The notes under the pieces were generated by a model. The model saw only the letters and a list, made by a program, of their open reading frames with translations. It made no database searches and had not been told where the DNA came from. Of a DNA stretch of 42,607 nucleotides, positions 34,867-42,607 are shown one piece after another. The first letter of the stretch is position 1; each line of letters opens with the position of its first letter. The DNA comes from Burkholderiaceae bacterium (GTDB lineage Bacteria; Pseudomonadota; Gammaproteobacteria; Burkholderiales; Burkholderiaceae_C), in assembly GCA_016936875.1 (NCBI GenBank), contig JAFGXB010000030.1, forward strand, positions 1-42,607, written 5' to 3'. Made by a program: the position numbers and the translations under genes.

Positions 34867-35730
34867 ATGCTCTGGAAAAACGGCAGACGCAGCGACAACG
34901 TGGAAGATCAACGGACGTCCGGCCCGGTGCGGCGGGGCGGGCTGGTGAGCGGGGGCATTGGCACCATCGTGCTGGCGCTGGTGGCGCTGTATTTCGGGGT
35001 CGATCCCAGCGTGGTGCTCAACCAGGTGGCGCAGCAGACTACGCAACAGAGCACGCAGCAGGCCCCGGCTGCGCTCACCGCCAAGGATCAGCAGGACAAG
35101 GAGTTCCTCTCCGTGGTGCTGGCCGATACTGAAGACACCTGGGGCGCGCTGTTCCAGCAGGCAGGGCGGCAGTATGTCGATCCCAAGCTGGTGCTGTTTT
35201 CGGGCGCAGTGCAGTCGGCCTGCGGCTATGCGCAGGCGGCCACCGGGCCGTTTTATTGCCCGGCCGACCAGAAGCTGTATCTCGACACCCAATTTTTTCA
35301 GGAGCTGCAGCAGCGCCTGGGTGCGCAGGGCGACTTTGCCGAGGCGTATGTGATCGCGCATGAGGTGGGCCATCATGTGCAGAACCTGCTGGGCGTGGAG
35401 GGCAAGGTGCGCGAGGCCATGCAGCGCAGCAGTCCGGCGCGGGCCAATGCCTTGCTGGTGCGACTGGAACTGCAGGCCGACTGCTACGCCGGGGTCTGGG
35501 CCTATCACGCGCAACATGAACGGCAGGTGCTGGAAGCGGGCGACGTGGAAGAAGCCATCAACGCGGCGGAGGCCGTTGGCGACGACCGGCTGCAAAAGCA
35601 GGCGCAGGGTTATGTCGTGCCCGATTCGTTCACCCACGGCACGTCCGCGCAGCGCGCACGCTGGTTCCAGACCGGGTTCGCCAGCGGCCAGCCGCAGGTC
35701 TGCGACACCTTCAACGCTGCGCAGATCTGA
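34867..35730 (+). CDS. Neutral zinc metallopeptidase (YpfJ family)
   Basis: GRRSDNVEDQR N-terminus, GPFYCPAD, HEVGHHVQ (HExxH), LELQADCYAG and DSFTHGTSAQR motifs. Confidence 0.92.
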   Translation: MLWKNGRRSDNVEDQRTSGPVRRGGLVSGGIGTIVLALVALYFGVDPSVVLNQVAQQTTQQSTQQAPAALTAKDQQDKEFLSVVLADTEDTWGALFQQAGRQYVDPKLVLFSGAVQSACGYAQAATGPFYCPADQKLYLDTQFFQELQQRLGAQGDFAEAYVIAHEVGHHVQNLLGVEGKVREAMQRSSPARANALLVRLELQADCYAGVWAYHAQHERQVLEAGDVEEAINAAEAVGDDRLQKQAQGYVVPDSFTHGTSAQRARWFQTGFASGQPQVCDTFNAAQI

Positions 35731-35733
35731 CCC

Positions 35734-36066
35734 ATGCCTGCCGCCTGGATGGCCGTCATCGGCGCCGCACTGCCCTATATCGAATCGGTGGCGAAGATCG
35801 CGCTGCCGGTGTTCAAGCAGCGCAAATCGGACAAGGAGGCGGCGGAGTCGGTGCACAAGCAGATCGAGGAGTTGCAGGCCGCCGTGACCCACAACGCCGA
35901 ACATGTGCGGGCGCTGGCGCAGCAACTGCAGACCACCGTCACCGCGCTGGAGCAGGCCGGCGTGCAGCTTGCCGCGGCCCAGCAGCGGCAACAGCGCTGG
36001 GCGCTGGCAGCGTTCGGTCTGGGCGTTGTCGCTTTGGTGCTGGCTCTGTTGGCGGTATTGCGCTGA
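35734..36066 (+). CDS. Hypothetical coiled-coil protein with C-terminal TM helix
   Basis: Starts 3 bp after the upstream stop, has a Gln/Ala-rich heptad pattern and a hydrophobic C-terminus. Confidence 0.75.
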   Translation: MPAAWMAVIGAALPYIESVAKIALPVFKQRKSDKEAAESVHKQIEELQAAVTHNAEHVRALAQQLQTTVTALEQAGVQLAAAQQRQQRWALAAFGLGVVALVLALLAVLR

Positions 36067-36345
36067 CGCGCGCAGCCGCCGCATAACGCGGGCTGTTTGA
36101 TGCGCCGCCGGACTTCCCGGCAATGCAGGCACTGGCTCTGAGCACCCTTCGCGCGGTCACCGCCCCTGTGCGGCTTGCAAGCCGTTGCGCGGTCTTCCGT
36201 CGCGCAAACCCCCGGCTGATTCTGCTGCGACACCACGTCGCATCCGTTTGGCCTGTATCAACCTCGGCTAGCGTTGTGCCCCGTAACCTGCTTACAAATT
36301 GTTGCGCTGCAAAACCTTCCATCGCGGCGCTGTAAAGGGGCGGAA

Positions 36346-37596
36346 ATGAACAAGAGAATGTGGTGGCGCGCTGCGCTGGTGGGCTCCTTGGCCGCGCAGG
36401 GCGGCCTGGCCGCTGGGGCGGCGCGGTTTTCCGATCAGGAGGTGCAGCGTGGCGCGTATCTGGCGCGCGCCGGTGATTGCGTGGCCTGCCACACCGCGCC
36501 GGGCGGCAAGCCCTTTATCGGCGGCTTGAAGATGGACATGCCCATCGGCGCTATCTACTCCACCAACATCACGCCGGATAAAACCCACGGCATCGGCAAC
36601 TACAGCTTCGCGCAGTTCGACCGCGCGGTGCGGCAAGGTGTGGCGCCCGGCGGCAAGCACCTCTACCCCGCCATGCCCTACCCGTCTTATGCGCGGGTCA
36701 ACCAGGCTGATATGAAGGCGCTGTATGCCTACTTCATGCAGGGCGTTGCGCCTGATGCCACACCCAACCGACCGGCCGACATGACGTGGCCCATGACCAT
36801 CCGCTGGCCGCTGGCGATCTGGAACTGGCTGTTCGTGCGCGACACCAGTTTCACCCCCGATCCCAAACAAAGCGCGCATTGGAACCGCGGCGCGTATCTG
36901 GTGGAAGGGCTGGGCCATTGCGGCTCCTGCCACACCCCGCGCGGGCTGTTCTTCCAGGAGAAGGCGCTGAGCGCGCGTGGACCGAATGGCGATTTTTACC
37001 TGACCGGCTCGCAGGTGGAGCACTGGTTTGCCACCAATCTGCGCGGCAGTTGCATGCAGAAGTGGACGGCGGGTGACATTGCCGAATTGCTGCAGGCCGG
37101 AAAAACCGCCAACTTCACCGCCCTGGGCAGTATGACCGAGGTCATCTCGCATAGCACCCAGCATCTCAAGCCTGACGATCTGCAGGCCATGGCCACCTAC
37201 ATCAAATCGCTCAAACCCGTGGTGGTGTCGCAGACCCCTGCGGGCAAAGACTCGGCCACGGTGCAACGCGGCGCAGCAATCTACAACCAGCATTGCGCGG
37301 CTTGCCACCAGGCCAACGGCCAGGGCTTGCCGCAAGTCTTTCCGGGCCTGGCGAAAAATGCCACGGTGCAGTGCTCTGATCCGAACAACAGCATTCGCGT
37401 GGTGCTGGCCGGCGGCAGTACCGTGGTGACGGAAAAGGCACCGGCGCCGATGGTGATGCCGCCGTTTGCCCAGTCGCTCGACGACCAGCAGGTGGCCGAT
37501 GTGGTGACCTATATCCGCGCCACCTGGGGCAACGGCGCCTCGGCGGCCACGCCCGATCAGGTCAAGGCCCTGCGCAAAGCCATCATCAAAGACTGA
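36346..37596 (+). CDS. Triheme c-type cytochrome (gluconate/alcohol/aldehyde dehydrogenase cytochrome-subunit family)
   Basis: Signal peptide and three heme motifs (CVACH, CGSCH, CAACH), plus IYSTNITPD...GIG and LYPAMPYPSY motifs. Confidence 0.92.
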   Translation: MNKRMWWRAALVGSLAAQGGLAAGAARFSDQEVQRGAYLARAGDCVACHTAPGGKPFIGGLKMDMPIGAIYSTNITPDKTHGIGNYSFAQFDRAVRQGVAPGGKHLYPAMPYPSYARVNQADMKALYAYFMQGVAPDATPNRPADMTWPMTIRWPLAIWNWLFVRDTSFTPDPKQSAHWNRGAYLVEGLGHCGSCHTPRGLFFQEKALSARGPNGDFYLTGSQVEHWFATNLRGSCMQKWTAGDIAELLQAGKTANFTALGSMTEVISHSTQHLKPDDLQAMATYIKSLKPVVVSQTPAGKDSATVQRGAAIYNQHCAACHQANGQGLPQVFPGLAKNATVQCSDPNNSIRVVLAGGSTVVTEKAPAPMVMPPFAQSLDDQQVADVVTYIRATWGNGASAATPDQVKALRKAIIKD

Positions 37597-37600
37597 TCCG

Positions 37601-37667
37601 ACCTGTCAGCCCCAAGAGTTTCTGCCCCTTGAGGGGCGAACCGCGCGTAGCGGCGGTTTTCGGGGTG
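37601..37667 (+). repeat. Probable degenerate intergenic copy of the palindromic element
   Basis: ACCTGTCAGCCCCAAG-N7-GCCCCTTGAGGGGC-hairpin(AACCGC/GCGGTT)-CGGGGTG has the same module order as the comEC copies read in mRNA sense. Confidence 0.55.
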
Positions 37668-37697
37668 GGCTCATCCCCCGCTGCGACAATGCGCCCG

Positions 37698-38879
37698 ATG
37701 ACCCGCACCGGCGCCTTGCAGCGCATTCTCACCTTGGGGGCGATGACCGCCTTCGCCCCCATGTCCATCGACATGTACCTGCCGGGCTTTACCGCCCTGC
37801 AGCAAGATCTGCACACGACGCCCGACGCCGTGCAGCGCACCCTGGTGGTGTTCTTTCTCGGGTTGGCGCTGGGCCAGGCGTTCTGGGGGCCGGTGTCCGA
37901 CCGGTTTGGTCGCAAACGGCCGCTGTTCCTGGGTATCGTGCTGTACGCGCTGGCCTCGCTGGGCTGCGCCATGGCGACCTCCATCGAGGCGCTGTTGGCG
38001 TGGCGGATGTTGCAGGCCCTGGGTGGTTGCGCCGGCATTGTGATTGCGCGCAGCATGGTGCGCGACCTGTACGAACCGATCGATGCGGCGCGGGTGTTTT
38101 CCCGCCTCACGCTGGTTCTGGGGGCCGCCCCCATCCTCGCGCCGATGGCCGGTGCGGCCATTGTGCAGACGTGGGGATGGCGAGCAATTTTTCTCGCTCT
38201 CGCGGCCTTTGGCCTTGCCTGTCTGCTGGCGGCGCTGTCGCTGCCGGAATCGCTGGCGCCGGGGGCGCGCAGCAGCGCTCAGCAGCATCCGGTGCGCAAC
38301 GCCTTGCGCACTTATCTGGAGTTGTTGCGCGATCGCCGCTTCATCGGCTTTGCTCTCAGCGGCGCACTGGGGCAGTCGGCCATGTTTGCCTATATTGCTG
38401 GCGCGCCGTTCGTTCTCATGCAGGTTTATGGGCTGAGCCCGGCGCAATTCGGCTGGGTGTTCGGTGCCAACGCGATGGGCTTGATTGCGGCGTCGCAGAT
38501 CAACCACGCTCTCCTGTCCCGCGTGGCCAGCAAGGCGCTACTGCGGCGCGCCCTGATCAGCCTGACGATCTGGGCGGCGCTGATGGTGGTGCTGGCCGCG
38601 CTGGGTGCGGGATTCTGGGCGGTGGTCATTCCCCTGTTTCTCGCGCTGGCCAGCCTGGGCTTTTCGTTTCCCAACGCCACGGCGCTGGCGTTGGCGCATC
38701 AGGCAGGCCGCGTGGGCAGCGCCGCCGCGCTGATCGGCAGCATTCAGTTCACGCTGGCGGCGCTGAGCGGATCGGCCGTGGGGATGTTCACCGCCCGCAG
38801 CCCGCTGCCGATGGCCGGGGTGTTCTGCGTGTTTGCGGGGCTGGCGCTGTGGGCGAACCGGCGCTTCGCGCCACGTTAA
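37698..38879 (+). CDS. Bcr/CflA family multidrug MFS efflux transporter (start 37689 or 37698)
   Basis: PMSIDMYLPG, GPVSDRFGRKRPL (MFS motif A), WRMLQALGG and APILAP motifs, about 12 TM segments. Confidence 0.93.
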   Translation: MTRTGALQRILTLGAMTAFAPMSIDMYLPGFTALQQDLHTTPDAVQRTLVVFFLGLALGQAFWGPVSDRFGRKRPLFLGIVLYALASLGCAMATSIEALLAWRMLQALGGCAGIVIARSMVRDLYEPIDAARVFSRLTLVLGAAPILAPMAGAAIVQTWGWRAIFLALAAFGLACLLAALSLPESLAPGARSSAQQHPVRNALRTYLELLRDRRFIGFALSGALGQSAMFAYIAGAPFVLMQVYGLSPAQFGWVFGANAMGLIAASQINHALLSRVASKALLRRALISLTIWAALMVVLAALGAGFWAVVIPLFLALASLGFSFPNATALALAHQAGRVGSAAALIGSIQFTLAALSGSAVGMFTARSPLPMAGVFCVFAGLALWANRRFAPR

Positions 38880-38900
38880 CGGGCCTTGCGTTAACAGATC

Positions 38901-39488
38901 CTAAATTGCGGCGATCGCCTGCTCCAGCTCGGCAAAGCTCTGCATCTGGCCGCTGGACTGCAGATCCACGCCCAGTTGCCGACCCACGCGCACCGCCGAG
39001 AAGATGCCGCGCACCACGGGTTTGCCATCGGACTCCAGCACCAGCGCATGTTGCCGCCCGGAATGGCGCAGAGTGAGCACGATTTCCGCCACGGTGGAGC
39101 GCAGCACCTCGGCGTAGTCGAGCACTTCGATGTGCTGCTGCGGCACCATGCACTGCGCCACGGTGACGGCGTCGCGCGGGATCTGGTTTTCGGTGGCCGC
39201 GCGCACGGGCTTTTCGCCCATGAGGTCGCGTGCGGTGATCAGGCCGACGACATGCCGCGCGGTGTTGGTGACCAGCAGCAGGCGCACGCCGGCGTGCATC
39301 ATCTTTTGCAGGGCCTGGTTGGCGGGGGCATCGGCCTCGGTGGTGAACGCCGGGGTGTGCCGCAGATCGGTCATCACATCGCAGGCGGGGGATTCGGGGG
39401 TCACGCTGCCGGGGCGCCCGTGGTCGAATTCGATGACGGGTGTGCCCCCAGGCAGCGGGTGGTGATGCAGAAGGCGTTGCGTGGACAT
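38901..39488 (-). CDS. CBS-domain protein
   Basis: ACDVMTD...GVRLLLV...VVGLITARDL and TVAQCMVP...VRGIFS tandem CBS motifs. Start ATG 39488 with GGGAG upstream. Confidence 0.85.
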   Translation of the reverse strand: MSTQRLLHHHPLPGGTPVIEFDHGRPGSVTPESPACDVMTDLRHTPAFTTEADAPANQALQKMMHAGVRLLLVTNTARHVVGLITARDLMGEKPVRAATENQIPRDAVTVAQCMVPQQHIEVLDYAEVLRSTVAEIVLTLRHSGRQHALVLESDGKPVVRGIFSAVRVGRQLGVDLQSSGQMQSFAELEQAIAAI

Positions 39489-39658
39489 GGTGTGGATTCT
39501 CCCAATGAAGTCGGCGATTGCTGCATTGCAATAAGCCGTCGATGCGTTCAATTTAGTCCGGGTTGCGGCACCGTGCTGTATCGAAATGTCGAAGTCGCAA
39601 CCGATTGCGGCGACAGATTGCCCTCTGCGCAGCAAACGCCAGGGCCTTGGGCAGGCGT

Positions 39659-41977
39659 TCAGTAATCGAGCGGGTCCACATCCACGGCCCAGCGCACCCG
39701 CGACCGCAGGGCGGCGAGTTCCGCGCGCCACTGCGCGAGCATGTGCTGCAGCGCGCCGCGATGTGTGCCTTCGAGCAACATTTGCATGCGGTGCAGATCG
39801 GCCATGCGCGCCAGCGAGGCCGGAATGGGCGGGTACACGGTGACGCCCAGGCGCTGCGCAATGGGCGCGGCAAGTTGCTGCGCGCGGTCGAGAAAGTCCA
39901 CCACGGCCTCTATCTGCTTGTGCTCCGCGCGCAACAGCGCCTGAAACGAAAATGGCGGCATGCCGCTCTGCTCGCGCTCGATCAGTTCGGCCTGGGCGAA
40001 GCCGGGATAGTCGTGCGCCAGCAGCGCGCGGTAGAGCGGGTGCTCGGGGTGGGCGGTCTGCACCAGCATTTCCGGCGTGGAAGGCGCAGGCCGCGCGTCG
40101 CCTGCGGACGGGGAGGGCGGCATGTTGCGCGCGGCGCGCCCTGCCCGCCCCGCGGCCTGCATGAGCTGGGCGAACAGGCGCTCCGGGCCGCGCGGATCGT
40201 GGCTGAACAGCCCGGCGTCGGGGTTAAGCGCCGCCACCAGCGTGACGCGCTGGAAATCGTGCCCCTTGGTCACCATCTGCGTGCCCACCAGAATGTCCAC
40301 CTCGCCCGCATGCACGCTGTCGAAGCTGCTGGCGGCAGCGCCTTTGCGGCGCGTGCTGTCGGCGTCGATGCGAGCGATGCGGGCATACGGGTATTGGTCG
40401 GCCAGCGCCTCCTCCACCCGCTGTGTGCCCTTGCCCACGGGCTGCAGATCGAGGCTGCCGCAGCTCGGGCAGGCACGCGGCACGGCGGCCTGATAGCCGC
40501 AGTGATGGCAGCGCAGGGTGCGGTCGGTGCGGTGAAACACCAGATGCGCGTCGCAATGCGGGCAGTCCGACAGCCAGCCGCAGTCGGGGCAGCTCAGCAC
40601 CGGCGCATAGCCGCGGCGGTTGAGAAACAGCAGACTTTGCTCTCCGCGTTCCAGGCGCTGGCGGATGGCGGCGTCCAGCGTCTGGCCGATCAGCGCACCG
40701 CTGGCGCGCAGCCTAGGGTCGCGCCGCGTATCGGCCAGACGCACGCGGGGCAGCACGCCGGAGGCCCGCTGCGTCAGGGTGAGCAGGCGATAGCGCCCGT
40801 TCTGCGCCGCCCGCCAGCTCTCCAGCGACGGTGTGGCCGAGCCGAGCACGACGGCAATGCCGCGTTGCTGCGCCCGCCACAACGCCAGATCGCGCGCCGA
40901 ATACCGCGCGCCCTCCTGCTGCTTGTAAGAGGCGTCATGCTCCTCGTCGATCACGATGAGCTGCAACTGCGGCATGGAGGCGAGCGCGGCCAGCCGCGTG
41001 CCGAGCACGATGCGCGCCTGCCCGGCATGCGCCGCCAGCCAATGCCGCAGCCGCTGGCCTTCCGACAGCCCGCTGTGCAGCACCGCCAGATGGTCCGCGC
41101 CAAAACGCTGCTCGAAACGGCGCACCAGTTGCGGCGTGAGGTTGATTTCCGGGGTGAGCACCAACACCTGCGCCGCAGGGTTGCGCTGCAACACCTGCGC
41201 CGCGGCATGCAGATACACCTCCGTCTTGCCGCTGCCCGTCACGCCGAACAATAAAAACGGCGCAAAACCCGCGCTGGACGCAATGGCCTGCAGCGCCTGC
41301 GCCTGCTCCGGGTGGAGCGCGGGGGGCGCGTCCGCCGCCGCGGACGCAAGCGTGGCTGTGGCCGCGACGGTCTGCACCCAGCCCGCCTGCTGCCAATCCG
41401 CCAGCACCTTGGTCGCCTGGGGGTGCAGGCGGCGTGCGTCTGGCAGCGCGAGCGGGGAGACGGTTGGATCGACGGTGTCGGGTGCGGGTGCAGGATCGCG
41501 GTCGCCGGGTGCTTGCACTCCCAGCGCAGTCGCCAGGCGCCAGAGTGCAACGCTGCGCGGGGCGATTTGAGCGGGCAGGGCGCGCAGCCCGGCTTCGGTG
41601 CACAGATAGCGCTGTGTAGGCTGGGCTACCGTCAGCGCGGCTTCGATTCCTCCTGGATTGCGGTTGCGCAGCAGCGCGGGCAAGGCCGCGCCGATGACTT
41701 CGCCCAGCGCGCGCTGGTAATACCGGGCAACGAATTGCAGCAAGTCCAGCCAGTTGGCGTCGAACGCGGGCAAGGTTTCGAACACCTCGGCAATGGAGCG
41801 CAGCGCGACGGCCCCGTCTCCGTCAGGCCTGGAGACCTGCGCCAGCACGACGCCGGTGACCGTTTGTCGACCCAATGGCACGCGCACCAGGGTTCCGGGC
41901 GCAAGCCGGGTGTCGGCGCGGTAATCGAGCACTTGCAAACCCGGCGCGTCAACGGCAACCTGGAGAACGGCGGACAT
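39659..41977 (-). CDS. priA: Primosomal protein N' (replication restart helicase)
   Basis: GVTGSGKT, DEEHDASYKQ, GSATPSLES, LNRRGYAP, four CxxC pairs, GTQMVTKGHDF, QAAGRAGR and C-terminal WAVDVDP. Confidence 0.97.
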   Translation of the reverse strand: MSAVLQVAVDAPGLQVLDYRADTRLAPGTLVRVPLGRQTVTGVVLAQVSRPDGDGAVALRSIAEVFETLPAFDANWLDLLQFVARYYQRALGEVIGAALPALLRNRNPGGIEAALTVAQPTQRYLCTEAGLRALPAQIAPRSVALWRLATALGVQAPGDRDPAPAPDTVDPTVSPLALPDARRLHPQATKVLADWQQAGWVQTVAATATLASAAADAPPALHPEQAQALQAIASSAGFAPFLLFGVTGSGKTEVYLHAAAQVLQRNPAAQVLVLTPEINLTPQLVRRFEQRFGADHLAVLHSGLSEGQRLRHWLAAHAGQARIVLGTRLAALASMPQLQLIVIDEEHDASYKQQEGARYSARDLALWRAQQRGIAVVLGSATPSLESWRAAQNGRYRLLTLTQRASGVLPRVRLADTRRDPRLRASGALIGQTLDAAIRQRLERGEQSLLFLNRRGYAPVLSCPDCGWLSDCPHCDAHLVFHRTDRTLRCHHCGYQAAVPRACPSCGSLDLQPVGKGTQRVEEALADQYPYARIARIDADSTRRKGAAASSFDSVHAGEVDILVGTQMVTKGHDFQRVTLVAALNPDAGLFSHDPRGPERLFAQLMQAAGRAGRAARNMPPSPSAGDARPAPSTPEMLVQTAHPEHPLYRALLAHDYPGFAQAELIEREQSGMPPFSFQALLRAEHKQIEAVVDFLDRAQQLAAPIAQRLGVTVYPPIPASLARMADLHRMQMLLEGTHRGALQHMLAQWRAELAALRSRVRWAVDVDPLDY

Positions 41978-42062
41978 GAATTGGCGCGCGAGGTGGAAGT
42001 CGAGGTTTGAAACAGGGCGCTAAGTTGGCGTCAATACACGGTTTATGCCAGCGCAAAAAGCA

Positions 42063-42250
42063 TGTGGATAACTCTGTGCATCAATCGGGTGCGCGAGGAT
42101 GATCCCCCTGTGGATAAACCTGTGCAGAATGATTTGCCGAATTGCGAAATTCTGAAAAATATAAGTAAATACAATAACTTATCTAATGAAATTTCAAGTT
42201 AATTCTGTGAACAACTTGCTGCGCTGCAATCGTGCCTGGAATGTGCATAA
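42063..42250. promoter_or_regulatory. Cluster of co-oriented DnaA boxes in an AT-rich intergenic region
   Basis: TGTGGATAA (reverse complement TTATCCACA) at 42063 and 42109, TGTGCATAA at 42242, weaker TGTGCATCA 42075, TGTGCAGAA 42121 and TGTGAACAA 42206. Confidence 0.8.
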
Positions 42251-42324
42251 GCTGATTTGTCAAGATTGACAAATCCGATTTTTCGCCGTTTCAGAGGGGG
42301 GCGGCCCGCCGCGCCCCTTTGTGC

Positions 42325-42607
42325 TCAGACGATGTTGCGGTGCAAGGCGCGGCTGTGTGTGTGAACCGCCTCCACCAGCGCCGACACATGCTCCGGCGGG
42401 GTGAACTGGGAAATGCCGTGTCCCAGATTGAACACATGGCCCACGCCGGTTTGCAGCGGACCAAAGCTCTGCAGCAGTCGCTGCACTTCCTTCTCAATCG
42501 CTGCGGGCGGCGCGAACAGCACATTGGGGTCGAGATTGCCCTGCAGCGCCACGCGCTGGCCCACGCGGGCGCGTGCCTGTCCCAGATTGGTGGTCCAGTC
42601 CAGGCCA
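42325..42607 (-). CDS. hemE: Uroporphyrinogen decarboxylase, 3' part (gene continues beyond the window)
   Basis: GLDWT...ALQGNLDP...HVFNLGHGI...TPPEHV C-terminal HemE signature. Confidence 0.95.
   Translation of the reverse strand, partial: GLDWTTNLGQARARVGQRVALQGNLDPNVLFAPPAAIEKEVQRLLQSFGPLQTGVGHVFNLGHGISQFTPPEHVSALVEAVHTHSRALHRNIV

Noticed and set aside
36249-36264. TGGCCTGTATC upstream of cytochrome c, identical to part of the sigma-54 site at 25578
   Set aside because: No TGC at the -12 position, so it is not a valid sigma-54 promoter.
38875-38895. GTTAACG/CGTTAAC inverted repeat between the convergent MFS and CBS genes
   Set aside because: Weak AT-rich stem without U-tracts, insufficient to call a bidirectional terminator.
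40070-40130. Pro/Ala-rich insert in PriA (NMPPSPSAGDARPAPSTP) as an element insertion
   Set aside because: It lacks the conserved core and is more likely an ordinary variable loop.
42003-42014. TTTGAAACA as a parS site
   Set aside because: Only half of the TGTTTCACGTGAAACA palindrome is present.

Overview
This is a GC-rich bacterial chromosomal window. Gene content suggests Betaproteobacteria/Burkholderiales, possibly Thiomonas-like; this is an inference. Left to right it holds: (1) the 3' part of a Wzx/Wzy-type exopolysaccharide cluster (GT14-like fragment, ExoV-like pyruvyltransferase, flippase, EpsL/E/F/G-like export module, polymerase, two acyltransferases, GT4, GT2, GT26); (2) an uncharacterised lipoprotein and a PAP2-like protein; (3) a minus-strand five-gene circularly permuted ATP-grasp / alpha-E / transglutaminase / DUF2126 operon with a good sigma-54 promoter; (4) comEC, an MliC-type lipoprotein and a Tat-lipoprotein beta-propeller; (5) a fused indolepyruvate:ferredoxin oxidoreductase, a YpfJ-type Zn peptidase, an orphan triheme cytochrome c, a Bcr/CflA MFS pump, a CBS protein, priA and the 3' end of hemE, with a DnaA-box cluster between hemE and priA. 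The most striking unexplained signal is a family of ~60-75 bp palindromic elements (core GCCGGGCCGC(T)CCCAAG, usually followed by a GCCCCCTCGGGGGGC hairpin). They sit in frame inside comEC and DUF2126, form an ATGA-coupled mini-ORF in the EPS operon and occur between genes, always in the same orientation relative to transcription. Also notable is an MshEN-like c-di-GMP module fused to a degenerate BY-kinase (EpsG). I saw no rRNA, tRNA, CRISPR array or transposase.
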